This document shows positions 32,725 to 42,693 of a DNA stretch of 64,000 nt, one piece after another (within the stretch, counting starts at the first letter, position 1; every line of letters begins with the position of its first letter). The stretch comes from Nitrospinaceae bacterium (GTDB lineage Bacteria > Nitrospinota > Nitrospinia > Nitrospinales > Nitrospinaceae). The stretch is taken from assembly GCA_965237905.1 (NCBI GenBank), contig OZ250172.1, positions 1,696,001 to 1,760,000 of the forward strand, read 5' to 3'. Both the position numbers and the translations under genes were made by a program. The notes under the pieces were generated by a model. The model made no database searches and was not told the origin of the DNA. It saw nothing but the letters and a program-made list of their open reading frames with translations.

Positions 32725-33465
32725 GTGAAGACCCTTGCTTTTCTGCTGATGATCAGCCTGGCCGGGGGAGCTGCGTTTGCGCAGAGCCCTCCGGCACAGG
32801 CCTCGGAACAAAAGGTCATTGCGGTCGTTCTAGGAAAAAAGATCACGGTCAAAGACAAGGACCGGCTCAAGGGCCTGATTTTCGGGACACTCCTGGAACA
32901 GTTCGCCAAGGAAAACCGGATCGAGCCGACCGATGAGGAAATCGACACATTCATACAAAAGAACGAGGAAATAAAACAGCAACAGAACCTCCAGTTTAAG
33001 AAAAAACGGGAACAGTTGATCGCCGAGTTGAAGGATCCCAACCTGACCCAAAGCCAGCGTAAGGAGAAGCAACAATACCTGGAGACCCTCGATAAAGTTC
33101 TCAAGTCGAACCGCGAGACGAATGAGCTGACGAAAAAACTGACGCAGGAACAGGAGGAACAACTGCGCCCGATGCTACGCCGCATGGCGCGGCAGTTTGT
33201 CCGGCGATGGAAGATCAACAAGGCGCTCTTCGCGAAGTACGGGGGACGCGTGATTTTTCAGCAGGCGGGTGTGGAGCCGCTGGACGCCTATCGGGACTTT
33301 TTGCAGGAACAGGAAAAAAACGGCGCGTTCCGGATTCTCGACCCGAAGTATAAAGCACCCTTCTGGCGATACTTTACAAACGATGCCATGCACAGCTTCT
33401 ATGCCGGTGACGATGGAGCGAAGTTCATAAACACCCCCTGGTGGCTGATGGAACCACAGGAATGA
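32725..33465 (+). CDS. Moron: exported SurA N-terminal-like helical protein
   Basis: Signal peptide AFA; VIAVVLGKKIT; YGGRVIFQQAGVEPLDAYRDFL. Confidence 0.7.
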   Translation: MKTLAFLLMISLAGGAAFAQSPPAQASEQKVIAVVLGKKITVKDKDRLKGLIFGTLLEQFAKENRIEPTDEEIDTFIQKNEEIKQQQNLQFKKKREQLIAELKDPNLTQSQRKEKQQYLETLDKVLKSNRETNELTKKLTQEQEEQLRPMLRRMARQFVRRWKINKALFAKYGGRVIFQQAGVEPLDAYRDFLQEQEKNGAFRILDPKYKAPFWRYFTNDAMHSFYAGDDGAKFINTPWWLMEPQE

Positions 33466-33540
33466 ACATGAATACCCAACCCACCGAAGACGGTTCGCCG
33501 TTGATGATCCTGCAACATTCTTATTGCAGGACCCTGGTGG

Positions 33541-33575
33541 CCTGTCTTCCCGCTTCCGGGCATTAACTTGAGAGG
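33541..33575 (+). promoter_or_regulatory. Repeated promoter cassette 3
   Basis: ttcccgcttccgggcatTAACTTgagagg; degenerate -35. Confidence 0.45.
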
Positions 33576-33579
33576 GTAG

Positions 33580-33666
33580 ATGATAATGAATAATACAAAT
33601 TGGATTTTGGGGTTTGTGCTCGTGGTAGCTATATTAGCTAAACTCTATTTCTTATTAAGTTATTAA
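33580..33666 (+). CDS. 28-aa hydrophobic peptide (MIMNNTNWILGFVLVVAILAKLYFLLSY), possibly a truncated moron
   Basis: Follows cassette 3; single TM; below the ORF-track size cutoff. Confidence 0.35.
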   Translation: MIMNNTNWILGFVLVVAILAKLYFLLSY

Positions 33667-33780
33667 TAAGCGGTTTTTATTTTTCATCCACGCACCTCCC
33701 CCCCTCTTTTCCAAAAGGCATAACTCCCTTTGAAATAACTCGTTCCCCGTTTCCATACCTGTTTGACTTCCTACCTTGTG

Positions 33781-33945
33781 AGAACGTCCTCCTCCCCGGA
33801 GGGGGAACTGGCTGACGGTTGACGTCTTACGATGTTCTCCCCGCGCAATTGGAAGTTTCAAAATTTGCTCCGGGCCTTGCCCGGCTCCTCCCCGGAGGGG
33901 GAGCTGGTTGACCGTTACCTGCATTGTCAATCATCATGCACAATT
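33781..33945. repeat. Two tandem dispersed repeat copies
   Basis: cctccccggagggggaactggctgacggttgac...gcgcaatt; ccgggccttgcccgg; second copy. Confidence 0.8.
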
Positions 33946-33960
33946 GAAAATAGGTAAAAG

Positions 33961-35148
33961 ATGAAAATTGCTCACTGGTTCCGACGTAAAGTCAGCGCGG
34001 CGACGCGTGCGCTCACCCTGATGATGCCCCTGCCGCATGGCTTCGGTATGAAAGCGAATTACGAATCGATCGCGCGCGAAGGTTACATGACCAACAGCGT
34101 CGTCTTCGCCTGCATCCGGGAAATCGCCGAGGCCTCAGCCGGCGTGCCCTGGCAGTTGTTTCAAACGCAATCGGATGGCGCACAGAAAGAACTCACCGAC
34201 CATCCCCTGCTGAAACTGATCGACCAACCCAATCCGTTCCAGGGAAGATTCGAGCTGATCGAAAACCTCACCGCTTACCTGTATCTTTCAGGTAACGCGT
34301 ATCTGGAGGCCGTCGGGCCGACGTCCGGTAGTCGCGGTTCCAAACCGCCGACGGAACTGTATGTGTTACGACCCGACCGCATGGCCATTCTGCCCGATCC
34401 CACCCACTTCATCCGCGGCTACGAGTACAAGGTCGCGGGTCAGTCGGTGAAGTTTTCGCGCGACCAGGTCATGCATCTCAAGTTGTTTCATCCGCTGGAC
34501 GACTGGTACGGCCTGTCACCCATACAGGTGGCGGCTTTGCCGGTGGACAAGATCAACGCCAGCGACCGGTGGAACGCCGCCCTCCTCCAGAATTCCGCGG
34601 TGCCCTCCGGTGCGCTGGTGTCCAAGAAGCGCCTCACTGACGAGCAGTATGGCAGGCTCAAATCCGAGATGCGCGAGCAGTACCAGGGCGTCACCAACGC
34701 ACGTTCGCCGCTGTTGCTGGAAGAGGACATCGACTGGAAAGAAATCGGCAAGTCGCCGAAGGAGATGGACTGGATCGAAGGCCTCAAATTCAGCGCCTTG
34801 CAGATCGCACAGATCTACAACCTCCCGCCGGAGTTGATCGGCCTGCAACCCGCCACCTACCAGAATCGCAAGGAAGCGCGAAAAGCTCTCTATACAGAAG
34901 TCGTGCTACCGGCGCTCAGCCGCCTGCGCGATTCCCTCAACACCTGGCTGACGCCGCGCTTCGGTGACGGCCTCCTGCTGAACTTCAACCGCAACGCTAT
35001 CGAAGCCCTGTCCGAAGACCAGAGCGCGTTATGGAAGCGCGTCAACGAGAGCCGGTTCCTCACCCTCAACGAACAACGCCAGATGGTCGGCTACGAAGCC
35101 ATCCCCGGCGGCGACTCCTTCCCGGAGGGGGAACTCGCTGACCGTTGA
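33961..35148 (+). CDS. Phage portal protein, HK97 family (RcGTA g3-like)
   Basis: PNPFQG, GNAYLE, ELYVLRPDRM, HLKLFHPLDDWYGLSP, NSAVPSG, FLTLNEQR. Confidence 0.93.
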   Translation: MKIAHWFRRKVSAATRALTLMMPLPHGFGMKANYESIAREGYMTNSVVFACIREIAEASAGVPWQLFQTQSDGAQKELTDHPLLKLIDQPNPFQGRFELIENLTAYLYLSGNAYLEAVGPTSGSRGSKPPTELYVLRPDRMAILPDPTHFIRGYEYKVAGQSVKFSRDQVMHLKLFHPLDDWYGLSPIQVAALPVDKINASDRWNAALLQNSAVPSGALVSKKRLTDEQYGRLKSEMREQYQGVTNARSPLLLEEDIDWKEIGKSPKEMDWIEGLKFSALQIAQIYNLPPELIGLQPATYQNRKEARKALYTEVVLPALSRLRDSLNTWLTPRFGDGLLLNFNRNAIEALSEDQSALWKRVNESRFLTLNEQRQMVGYEAIPGGDSFPEGELADR

Positions 35149-35232
35149 CTCCTGACGACGGTCGTTGGACGCAATTCAAAGTTTTAATTTATCTGCGGCG
35201 ATACGCCGCCATTATGCCGATGGAGCATCACG

Positions 35233-35769
35233 ATGAAGGAATACCATTCTTTTGAATTCAAGTTAAACGACGTGTCCGACAACGGTCAGTTCCAGGGCTA
35301 CGCCGCGACCTTCGGCAACGTCGATTTGGGAAACGACGTGGTGGAACCGGGAGCGTTCGAGCAGTCTCTGCGTGACACCGGGGGCGGGAAGATTCCCATC
35401 CTCGACCACCACAACCCGGCCCAGCAGATTGGCTGGAACCTGGAAGCCCGGGAAGATAGCATCGGCCTGTTCGTGCGGGGTCAACTCGACCTCAACGTGC
35501 AGGCCGCCCGGGAACGCCACAGTCTGATGAAGCTGGCCGCCCAAGTCGGCGGACGCAGTGGATTGTCCATCGGATTTCAAACCGTGCGCGACGAACCCGA
35601 CCCGGAGAATTTCAAAATCCGTTGCCTTAAGGAAATCCGCCTGATGGAGTACAGCCTCGTTACCTTCCCGATGAACCCGGAAGCCGGCGTCACCCGAATT
35701 AAGACCGACAACGGATTAACCCTTCAAGAATCATTGCACACCTTACTAACTCACCTGCGCGCCAATTAA
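35233..35769 (+). CDS. HK97 prohead protease (S78)
   Basis: FQGYAATFGNVDLGNDVVEPGAF, LDHH, GLSIGF, EYSLVTFPMNPEA. Confidence 0.95.
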   Translation: MKEYHSFEFKLNDVSDNGQFQGYAATFGNVDLGNDVVEPGAFEQSLRDTGGGKIPILDHHNPAQQIGWNLEAREDSIGLFVRGQLDLNVQAARERHSLMKLAAQVGGRSGLSIGFQTVRDEPDPENFKIRCLKEIRLMEYSLVTFPMNPEAGVTRIKTDNGLTLQESLHTLLTHLRAN

Positions 35770-35827
35770 TTCCCTCCCTTCATTATCAAGAAGACGGAGC
35801 GCAGGACCCCACACAAGGAGTTTCTGA

Positions 35828-37018
35828 ATGCAGGACCTTAAACAACTCGTCAACGACATCAACCATTCCTTTCTCGAGTTCAAAACGAGAAACGACCAGC
35901 GCCTGTGCGAGCTGGAAAAAGGGCGGCGCGATCCGCTCATCAACCAGCAGGTCGACACCCTCGCCCGCGAAGTGCAGAACCTGGCGGAAATCAAATCCCG
36001 CATGGAGCACATTGAAACGCAACTCAACCGGCCCGTGTTCGAAACCGGCAACCGGTTTGAAAGTTCCTTGCGGCACGAACAGAAGCAGATTATCAACAAG
36101 TACCTGCGCTACGGAGAAAGCGCGTTGACCCCGGACGAAGTCAAGCAACTGTCGGTCGACAGCGATCCCCAGGGCGGTTACTGGGTGACCGGCGAAATGT
36201 CGCAACAGGTCATCACCAAAGTGTTCGAAACCTCGCCGATGCGCACCCTCGCCACGGTAGAAACCATCAGCTCTGACGCGCTGGAAATTCCCGAGGACAT
36301 CGGCGAAGCGGCTGTCGGTTGGACTGCCGAGACTGGTGTGCGCAGTGAGACTGCTTCGCCCACCATCGGTGTCCGGCGCATCCCGGTGCATGAAATCTAC
36401 GCCATGCCCAAAGCCACCCAGCAACTGCTCGACGACGCACGCGTCAATGTTGAGGAATGGCTGAGCGGCAAAATCGCTTCCAAAATGTCCACCACTGAAA
36501 ATACCGCGTTCATCAACGGCGACGGTGTCGATAAACCGCGCGGCGTGCTGACCTACCCGGCAGGCGCGACCAACCCCGGTGAAATCGAGCAGATCAATTC
36601 CGGCAGTGCCGGTGCGCTCACCGCCGACGGTTTGCGCTCGTTGTTCTACGCACTGAAAACGCCGTACATCCGCAACGCACGCTGGATCATGGGACGCTCC
36701 ACCATCGAGACCATCTCCAAGTTGAAAGACGGCGGCGGTGAGTACCTGTGGTCACCGGGCCTCAAGGAAGGCGAACCGCAGATGTTGCTGGGCCATCCCA
36801 TCGACCGCATGGAAGACATGCCGGCGGTTGCCGCCAACGCTCTGCCGGTCGCGTTCGGTGACTGGAAGCAGGCGTACACCATCGTCGACCGCGCCGGGGT
36901 ACGCGTCCTGCGCGATCCCTACAGCTCGAAACCCTTCGTGCTGTTCTATACGACCAAGCGGGTCGGCGGCGACATCACCAACTTTGAAGCGATGGCCATC
37001 CAAAAAGTGTCTGCTTAA
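35828..37018 (+). CDS. Major capsid protein, HK97 family (RcGTA g5-like)
   Basis: Coiled-coil delta domain; GGYWV; HEIYAMPKATQQLLDD; AFINGDGVDKPRG; VLRDPYSSKPFVLFYTTKRVGG. Confidence 0.95.
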   Translation: MQDLKQLVNDINHSFLEFKTRNDQRLCELEKGRRDPLINQQVDTLAREVQNLAEIKSRMEHIETQLNRPVFETGNRFESSLRHEQKQIINKYLRYGESALTPDEVKQLSVDSDPQGGYWVTGEMSQQVITKVFETSPMRTLATVETISSDALEIPEDIGEAAVGWTAETGVRSETASPTIGVRRIPVHEIYAMPKATQQLLDDARVNVEEWLSGKIASKMSTTENTAFINGDGVDKPRGVLTYPAGATNPGEIEQINSGSAGALTADGLRSLFYALKTPYIRNARWIMGRSTIETISKLKDGGGEYLWSPGLKEGEPQMLLGHPIDRMEDMPAVAANALPVAFGDWKQAYTIVDRAGVRVLRDPYSSKPFVLFYTTKRVGGDITNFEAMAIQKVSA

Positions 37019-37067
37019 CGGCGGAGCATCATTTCCAAAATATTAAGAATAATCAAAGGAGAAACGA

Positions 37068-37454
37068 ATGCGAGACATCAAGAACAATCTGGACGGCGTC
37101 AGTTCCATCGACCCGGCCAGCTATACGGCAACCACCAACGGGTCCGGTGTGGACTTGCGGGATTTCGACGGCGCAATGATGATGTTTCAGGCCGGTACTG
37201 CCGACACCGGGAGCGGTAACGAAACTTACGCCCCAGGGGTGGAAGAGTCGGACGACAACTCAACTTACTCTACTGTCGCCGCGTCCGATCTGGAAGGCGT
37301 GCCGGTCAACATGACGGCGAACTCGGTTCAGCGCGTCGGTTACAAAGGCGCCAAGCGGTACATCCGCGCGGTGCTGACTCTGGGCGGCACAACTCCCTCC
37401 ATCAATGCTTCGGCGCTGGTCATTCGAGGTCTGCCGCACCATGCCCCCCTCTAA
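37068..37454 (+). CDS. Putative head decoration/cement protein
   Basis: Follows capsid; NGSGVDL, VEESDD, VGYKGAKRYIRAV beta-rich pattern. Confidence 0.6.
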   Translation: MRDIKNNLDGVSSIDPASYTATTNGSGVDLRDFDGAMMMFQAGTADTGSGNETYAPGVEESDDNSTYSTVAASDLEGVPVNMTANSVQRVGYKGAKRYIRAVLTLGGTTPSINASALVIRGLPHHAPL

Positions 37455-37545
37455 CGAGGGATGAAACTTGCTCAACGTGATTGCCAGAAAGAATCGTTGA
37501 GCGCAATTTAGCGAATCATGACTTCCCTCAACTGTGAGGGAGGTC

Positions 37546-37806
37546 ATGAAGCTGAGGAAAAATATGAAAGTGAAAATGAATCGCACCTGTTTCGGGTCGC
37601 CCGACGGGATGCAGGTGAATGAATATAAAAAAGGCGAGACCTATGACCTGCCGGACCCACTGGCCGAGGTGTTTGTCCAGCAACGCTGGGCCGTAAAGGT
37701 CGTCAAGACTCCCCGGAGGACGAAAGATGCGGGCGCCGCTCCGGAAAATAAATCCGTGAAAAATAAAATGAAACGCAAAACCAAACGAGGTGGTCATGGC
37801 GCTTAA
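37546..37806 (+). CDS. Small phage protein between capsid and adaptor
   Basis: GETYDLPDPLAEVFVQQRWAV, APENK motif; ggagg RBS. Confidence 0.55.
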   Translation: MKLRKNMKVKMNRTCFGSPDGMQVNEYKKGETYDLPDPLAEVFVQQRWAVKVVKTPRRTKDAGAAPENKSVKNKMKRKTKRGGHGA

Positions 37807-38473
37807 GCTGAAAACCCCGCCTGCTTCCGAACCGGTGACTTTGGCGGAAACCAAGTCTTACCTTAAAGTTACCGGCACCACAGACGACACGTTGATCAGC
37901 CAGATCATCACCGCCCTCCGCAAAAGTTGTGAAGACTGGACCGGGCGTGTGCTGGTCACACAGACCTGGACCTTGTGGCGCGATGCGTTTCCGCACCGGG
38001 AAAAGGATCGCCTGCCACACGCCGGGTATTTCGAATTGCCGGTGGACTTCGCCGACGAGGCGCAACGTGTGGTTTGCATTCCGCGTCCACCTTTGCAGGC
38101 GGTGACCTTTTTGAAAACGTATAACACCGGCAACCAGGCGACGACCTTCGACGCCGGCAAATATTTTGTGGACGCCGCATCCGAACCGGGGCGGGTTGTT
38201 TTAAATCAGTCCAGCGCGTGGCCGACGGGTCTGCGTCCGGTCAACGCGGTGGAGATTGAATTCATCGCGGGTTATGGCGACGCCTCGGCGGTGCCCGACG
38301 CGCTCAAGCAGGGCATGCTGTTGTGGATCAAACTGCTTTATGCCGATAGAAACTGGTTGTTCGAGTTGGGCGAGTCAACCGCCGGATTGATCGAGTTCAA
38401 TCGCAATGACGTGCCACCACCGGTGGCCTCGTTGTGGTCGCCCTATAAAATCTATTCACTGGACCCGAGGTGA
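37796..38473 (+). CDS. Head-tail connector/adaptor (phiE125 gp8 / RcGTA g6-like)
   Basis: PPASEPVTLAETKSYL, TGRVLVTQTW, VEIEFIAGYGDASAVPDALKQ. Confidence 0.88.
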   Translation: MALKLKTPPASEPVTLAETKSYLKVTGTTDDTLISQIITALRKSCEDWTGRVLVTQTWTLWRDAFPHREKDRLPHAGYFELPVDFADEAQRVVCIPRPPLQAVTFLKTYNTGNQATTFDAGKYFVDAASEPGRVVLNQSSAWPTGLRPVNAVEIEFIAGYGDASAVPDALKQGMLLWIKLLYADRNWLFELGESTAGLIEFNRNDVPPPVASLWSPYKIYSLDPR

Positions 38474-38850
38474 CCGTGAGCATCGGATTCTTCTTTCCCA
38501 CGCAGTCGGCACCGACGGCACAATGGGTGCCCGGCAAACCGCCTCTGCTTCCGGTGTGGAGCACCACTGATTATCCTGAACAACTGACTGGCGAGACGGC
38601 GGGAGGTGCGTTGTATGTGCAGGACAAGGGACCTCAGCGCGAGCGGTTTGAGTTGAAGTTTGAACGTATCACCCAAAGCGACCGCGACGCGGCCTTGGCG
38701 CTTTTTAACGCTGTCAAGAAATCGTTCAGTCCCTTTGAGTACCAGGATGCCGAAGGCACTCCGCACAATGTTCGCTGGCTGAACGGGTTCGAGTTTCAGG
38801 AAACGGTGCCCGGCCGCTATTCGGGAACCCTCCATTTAAGAAAAGAATAA
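38470..38850 (+). CDS. Putative distal tail protein (Dit / lambda M-like)
   Basis: ERFELKF...RDAALALFNAVKKSFSPFEYQD...YSGTLHLRKE. Confidence 0.5.
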   Translation: MTVSIGFFFPTQSAPTAQWVPGKPPLLPVWSTTDYPEQLTGETAGGALYVQDKGPQRERFELKFERITQSDRDAALALFNAVKKSFSPFEYQDAEGTPHNVRWLNGFEFQETVPGRYSGTLHLRKE

Positions 38851-38886
38851 CTGCACACTCGTGGCAGCCATTGGGAGATTCATTCG

Positions 38887-39204
38887 ATGATTGATTGGCA
38901 AAACGCAAATTTAAAAGAGTTCACCTTTGACGTGGATGTGGAAGGGATTCAAGAGATCGGATCTTCGCAGGTGTTCCCGGTCAAGGTACACACCCAGGAC
39001 GGCACCCCCGCCTTCACCTGCACCGTTCCAGTGCGTGCAGAGTTTTACCGTCAGTTGAAACAAACCGCCGACTGGGAATCGGCCCTGCTCAAAATTCTGA
39101 AGAGCCGGGTGCGGGAGGAAATCCTGAAACGTAAGAAACACAATCCCGTTCCCATAGAAGATAAACTGCAACTGATCGGTAAACAAATTTCAACCGCGGA
39201 CTGA
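38887..39204 (+). CDS. Hypothetical protein
   Basis: gggaga RBS; in operon. Confidence 0.6.
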   Translation: MIDWQNANLKEFTFDVDVEGIQEIGSSQVFPVKVHTQDGTPAFTCTVPVRAEFYRQLKQTADWESALLKILKSRVREEILKRKKHNPVPIEDKLQLIGKQISTAD

Positions 39205-39207
39205 TGC

Positions 39208-42200
39208 ATGCGCACTTTTACCGGCGGGTTCACTGCCACCAAAAATAAAAAAAGTCATCAACCGGTCAACCTCCTGAAAATTGCCTGGCCTGCCATTGGC
39301 GCGTTTCCGGCGAAGACGCTGAATCTTGCCGACCGCGCCGTGACCATTGATGGCGTGGACTGGTTGCCGTTGGTGGAGGACTGGGGCGCGATTGAAGGAA
39401 CAGGTTTGGATGCCCTACTTCAAAACTCGGGAGAGGAGAAGGCAAAGGTGGAGTTGGTGAACGCGCCGGTGGATTTCGGTGAGGGACCGCAACGGTTCTC
39501 GGACCTGTTGTTTGAGTATCCGCCGGAAGCGGCCACGGGCGTTCTGTACCAGTGGTTCGAGGGCGAGGGATTGGTCACTGGCGATCAAACCGAATTGCTG
39601 ACCGCTCGCATCGTTGACCCTGTGGATTATGACGAGCGTATCTGTTCGCTTCATTTGGTAGTGGAGTCAGCGCATCATGGCCGTCGCATGGTGGGCAACA
39701 CGTTGACGCTAACGGATTATCCGGACGCGCCGGAGACTTCCATCGGATTGATCAAGCCGATTGTCATCGGTCAGGTGGAGGATGTACCCGGTGTGCCGGT
39801 GCGGCAGGTGTATAACACGCGGCTGGCGTCCGTGGCTTTGCCCGGTGCGAGTACGTTGGACGTCGCCTCGACTCTCGGGTTTGCCGCCAGCGGATCGGTG
39901 GTGATCAACGATGACACCATCAGCTACTCGGGAGTCACTGCCACTCAGTTTACCGGATGCAGCGGCATCAATGAATTTCATTACGCGGGTGACGAGGTGA
40001 TCGAGAGTGTGTCCGATCACCGTTACCTGTTAAGCGATTCCGACTACCCTATCTTCAGTATCAGCAACGTGAAGGTCGCGGGGGAGTTGTCGGACGGTGC
40101 GGGTTATGCCATCGACCTGGCCCAGGGGGAAGTGGTTTTCAGCGAAAAACCGCGCAAGGTGGTTTCTATCGACACGCGGTTTCTGCAGGCGCAGTTTGAT
40201 GCCACGGCTACCGGCAACACCGCCATCGATCCGCTCAACGCCACCAACCCTCTTTCCCGAACCGCCTTCGCGCAAATTTCCCAGGTCAACCGCAAGTTGA
40301 AACTGCAACAGATCACGAACATGGCCGCTCTGGGTGAAATCAATAAGGTTCTTCTGCGTGTCGAGTATTTTGTGGAGGAGAAACTACCGAACGATCTGAT
40401 CGTTGCGCGGCTGGAGGGTTTGGGCGATGTGGGCACGTTATCGTCTCCCGCCGATGTGGATTTAGCCAGCACCACTGGCGATACGGATATCACCCACAAT
40501 CATCTCGACACATTTGGTTTTCCCGTCAACATCCCCAACCACCTGCACACCGCCACCACCGAGGCGGACCGGGTGGTGATTCAGGGCGCGTCCAGCGGTC
40601 CGGCGGGCAACCTGACGATCACCGATCCAAACGACATTGGTCCTTTTTCTATTGCCGTCACTTTCCCGGCACCGCCCAGTGGAACTTTGAAAGCGGAATA
40701 CAAGGTGACTTGGAGATACAAAACGGTCACTTTTGCGTCCGGCATTCCGACGTTGAAGTTCGGCACGCATGTGATCGGAGTGTTCAACGGTGTTCGGGCA
40801 GATTTCGATTACACACAGAATTTCACGGTTGCGTCAGGTACGGGTGGCGATACCTGGAACATTACGCTGAGCTCCGGCTTTATGAAATTTGATCTGATGT
40901 CGGTCGAGCGTACCATTTATTACGCACCCAACCCCGCGACGTTGTCGAATCCGCTGGACACGGTGAAAGGCGGAGGCGTCACCCAGCACGGATCGATACC
41001 GGTACTGACGGCTACCACCGAAAAGTCCACCAACACGGTGGTGAACCATTTCGATATCAGTTCTCTGGTGAACCGCGACTGGAGCTGGTTCACCAATAAG
41101 GTGGTGGAGATTGAGTACACCGGCAGTTTCGACGGTCGGACGGCATACATCATTCATACCGCGTTTGAAATCGAATACGCACGCCGGCGCTTGGAAGCGA
41201 CCGATGCAGTGACCGCTGATGTGGCCGGTGTCAAAGATGATAGCGTGGGGACGGTTACCGGAACACCGGATGTAGTGATTGAACGGCCCGATCATGTGTT
41301 TCGCTGGTCGATTCTGAATCTGCTGGGCCTAACCGCTGCCATCATTGATGATTCTTCGTTTAACCAAGCGGGAACAGAATTGGGCAATGTCATCACCGGC
41401 GGTTATAAGCTGGCCGGTGTGGTTCAAAGTAAAGTGTTGCTGGAAACGCTGTGGCGGCAATGGATGAAGGAAAGCCGTTCGCATCTGTTCTGGGATCCCG
41501 TCGGTAAAGCCCGGCTGCAGTTTCGTCCCATTAATCGGTCGTTGGTTGCGGTGGGCAACGAAGTGAAAGCACTGACCGAAAGTATGGTGCGCCTCGATCC
41601 AGAGACCGGGGCCGGTCGTATTCAATTTCAACGGACGCCTTCCGACGGGGTGGTCAATCACATTGAGCTGGGGTACCAGCGCGATTGGGTAGCGGACCAC
41701 TACCGGAAAATTCATGTGGAGTCGGACAATGACACGATCGGCCTGTTCGGAAGGCGCGAACGGCCCGACGAATTTTTCTTCGACTGGTGCCGCAATTCCG
41801 TTATGGCGGAAGATCTTGCCCAATTTTATCTGGCGGAATTGAAAGAGCCGCAGACTCTGATTGAGTGCGAGGTTTTTCTCGATCAACTGGAATTGGAGCG
41901 GGGGGACTTCGTCACCGTATCGCATCCGCTGATATCGGGATCGAGCGCACTACATGGCATCGTGTTGCCTGGAAGTCATGTTCCCGGCTCGGGAAAAAAG
42001 CGGCGCATGGACGAATTGGATTTGCTGATTCGTTTGTTCCCCAGCGAACATTTGCGCGATCTGCTGGGTGAGACCGTAGGGATCACGGATGCTTTGAGTT
42101 TCCTCGCGGGCTTCGAGCTGGACATGCCCGAGTCGATAACGATTACCGATGCCGGTTTTATTGATGAGTTGGATGGTTGGGGTTCCCAGGATTGGGGAAC

Positions 42201-42231
42201 CAGCGGGTGGGGAGGCCTGGCGCCGCTGTGA
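39208..42231 (+). CDS. Large baseplate hub/tail-tip-like protein
   Basis: KPIVIG; VNHIELGY; C-terminal LELERGDFVTVSHP; beta-rich inserts; WGSQDWGTSGWG tail. Confidence 0.65.
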   Translation: MRTFTGGFTATKNKKSHQPVNLLKIAWPAIGAFPAKTLNLADRAVTIDGVDWLPLVEDWGAIEGTGLDALLQNSGEEKAKVELVNAPVDFGEGPQRFSDLLFEYPPEAATGVLYQWFEGEGLVTGDQTELLTARIVDPVDYDERICSLHLVVESAHHGRRMVGNTLTLTDYPDAPETSIGLIKPIVIGQVEDVPGVPVRQVYNTRLASVALPGASTLDVASTLGFAASGSVVINDDTISYSGVTATQFTGCSGINEFHYAGDEVIESVSDHRYLLSDSDYPIFSISNVKVAGELSDGAGYAIDLAQGEVVFSEKPRKVVSIDTRFLQAQFDATATGNTAIDPLNATNPLSRTAFAQISQVNRKLKLQQITNMAALGEINKVLLRVEYFVEEKLPNDLIVARLEGLGDVGTLSSPADVDLASTTGDTDITHNHLDTFGFPVNIPNHLHTATTEADRVVIQGASSGPAGNLTITDPNDIGPFSIAVTFPAPPSGTLKAEYKVTWRYKTVTFASGIPTLKFGTHVIGVFNGVRADFDYTQNFTVASGTGGDTWNITLSSGFMKFDLMSVERTIYYAPNPATLSNPLDTVKGGGVTQHGSIPVLTATTEKSTNTVVNHFDISSLVNRDWSWFTNKVVEIEYTGSFDGRTAYIIHTAFEIEYARRRLEATDAVTADVAGVKDDSVGTVTGTPDVVIERPDHVFRWSILNLLGLTAAIIDDSSFNQAGTELGNVITGGYKLAGVVQSKVLLETLWRQWMKESRSHLFWDPVGKARLQFRPINRSLVAVGNEVKALTESMVRLDPETGAGRIQFQRTPSDGVVNHIELGYQRDWVADHYRKIHVESDNDTIGLFGRRERPDEFFFDWCRNSVMAEDLAQFYLAELKEPQTLIECEVFLDQLELERGDFVTVSHPLISGSSALHGIVLPGSHVPGSGKKRRMDELDLLIRLFPSEHLRDLLGETVGITDALSFLAGFELDMPESITITDAGFIDELDGWGSQDWGTSGWGGLAPL

Positions 42232-42336
42232 TGCCGGATGGAATCCTCCAGGAAGAAAGAATTACGTTAACCCTCTGCGGACCGGAGGGAGAGATCAAAG
42301 AACAGTTCACCTTTATTACACAAAGGAGTCGATCCC

Positions 42337-42690
42337 ATGATTGTCGATTCAGGACTACAACATATCGCCGACCAGATGTCGGACCAGAGTCAAACAACCA
42401 TGAGCCACTTGGCGGTGGGCACGGGAACCAACGCGGAGGCGGCCAGCCAGACAGCTCTACAAACAGAAAGCGCACGGGTGGCGTTGACCTCGAAAACCCT
42501 CAGTGACAAGAAGGTGGTGTACGTGGGTGACTTCCCTGCCGGGGTGGGAACGGGCGCAGTGACCGAAGCCGGTTTGGTCAATGCCGCATCGGCGGGCGTT
42601 CTGCTTTCGCGGATTGTGTTTCCCGTCAAGAACAAAGGCCCGAGTGATACGCTAAAGATCATTATCGAACACACTTACGCCCGAGGTTAA
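42337..42690 (+). CDS. Phage tail-collar/fibre-like protein (probable N-terminus in another frame from 42231)
   Basis: SHLAVGTG, QTALQTESAR, TEAGLVNAASAGVLLSRIVFPVKNK; aaggag RBS. Confidence 0.65.
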   Translation: MIVDSGLQHIADQMSDQSQTTMSHLAVGTGTNAEAASQTALQTESARVALTSKTLSDKKVVYVGDFPAGVGTGAVTEAGLVNAASAGVLLSRIVFPVKNKGPSDTLKIIIEHTYARG

Positions 42691-42693
42691 TAC

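Noticed and set aside
35828..37018. Encapsulin nanocompartment
   Set aside because: Portal, protease, terminase and a delta domain indicate a DNA-packaging head.
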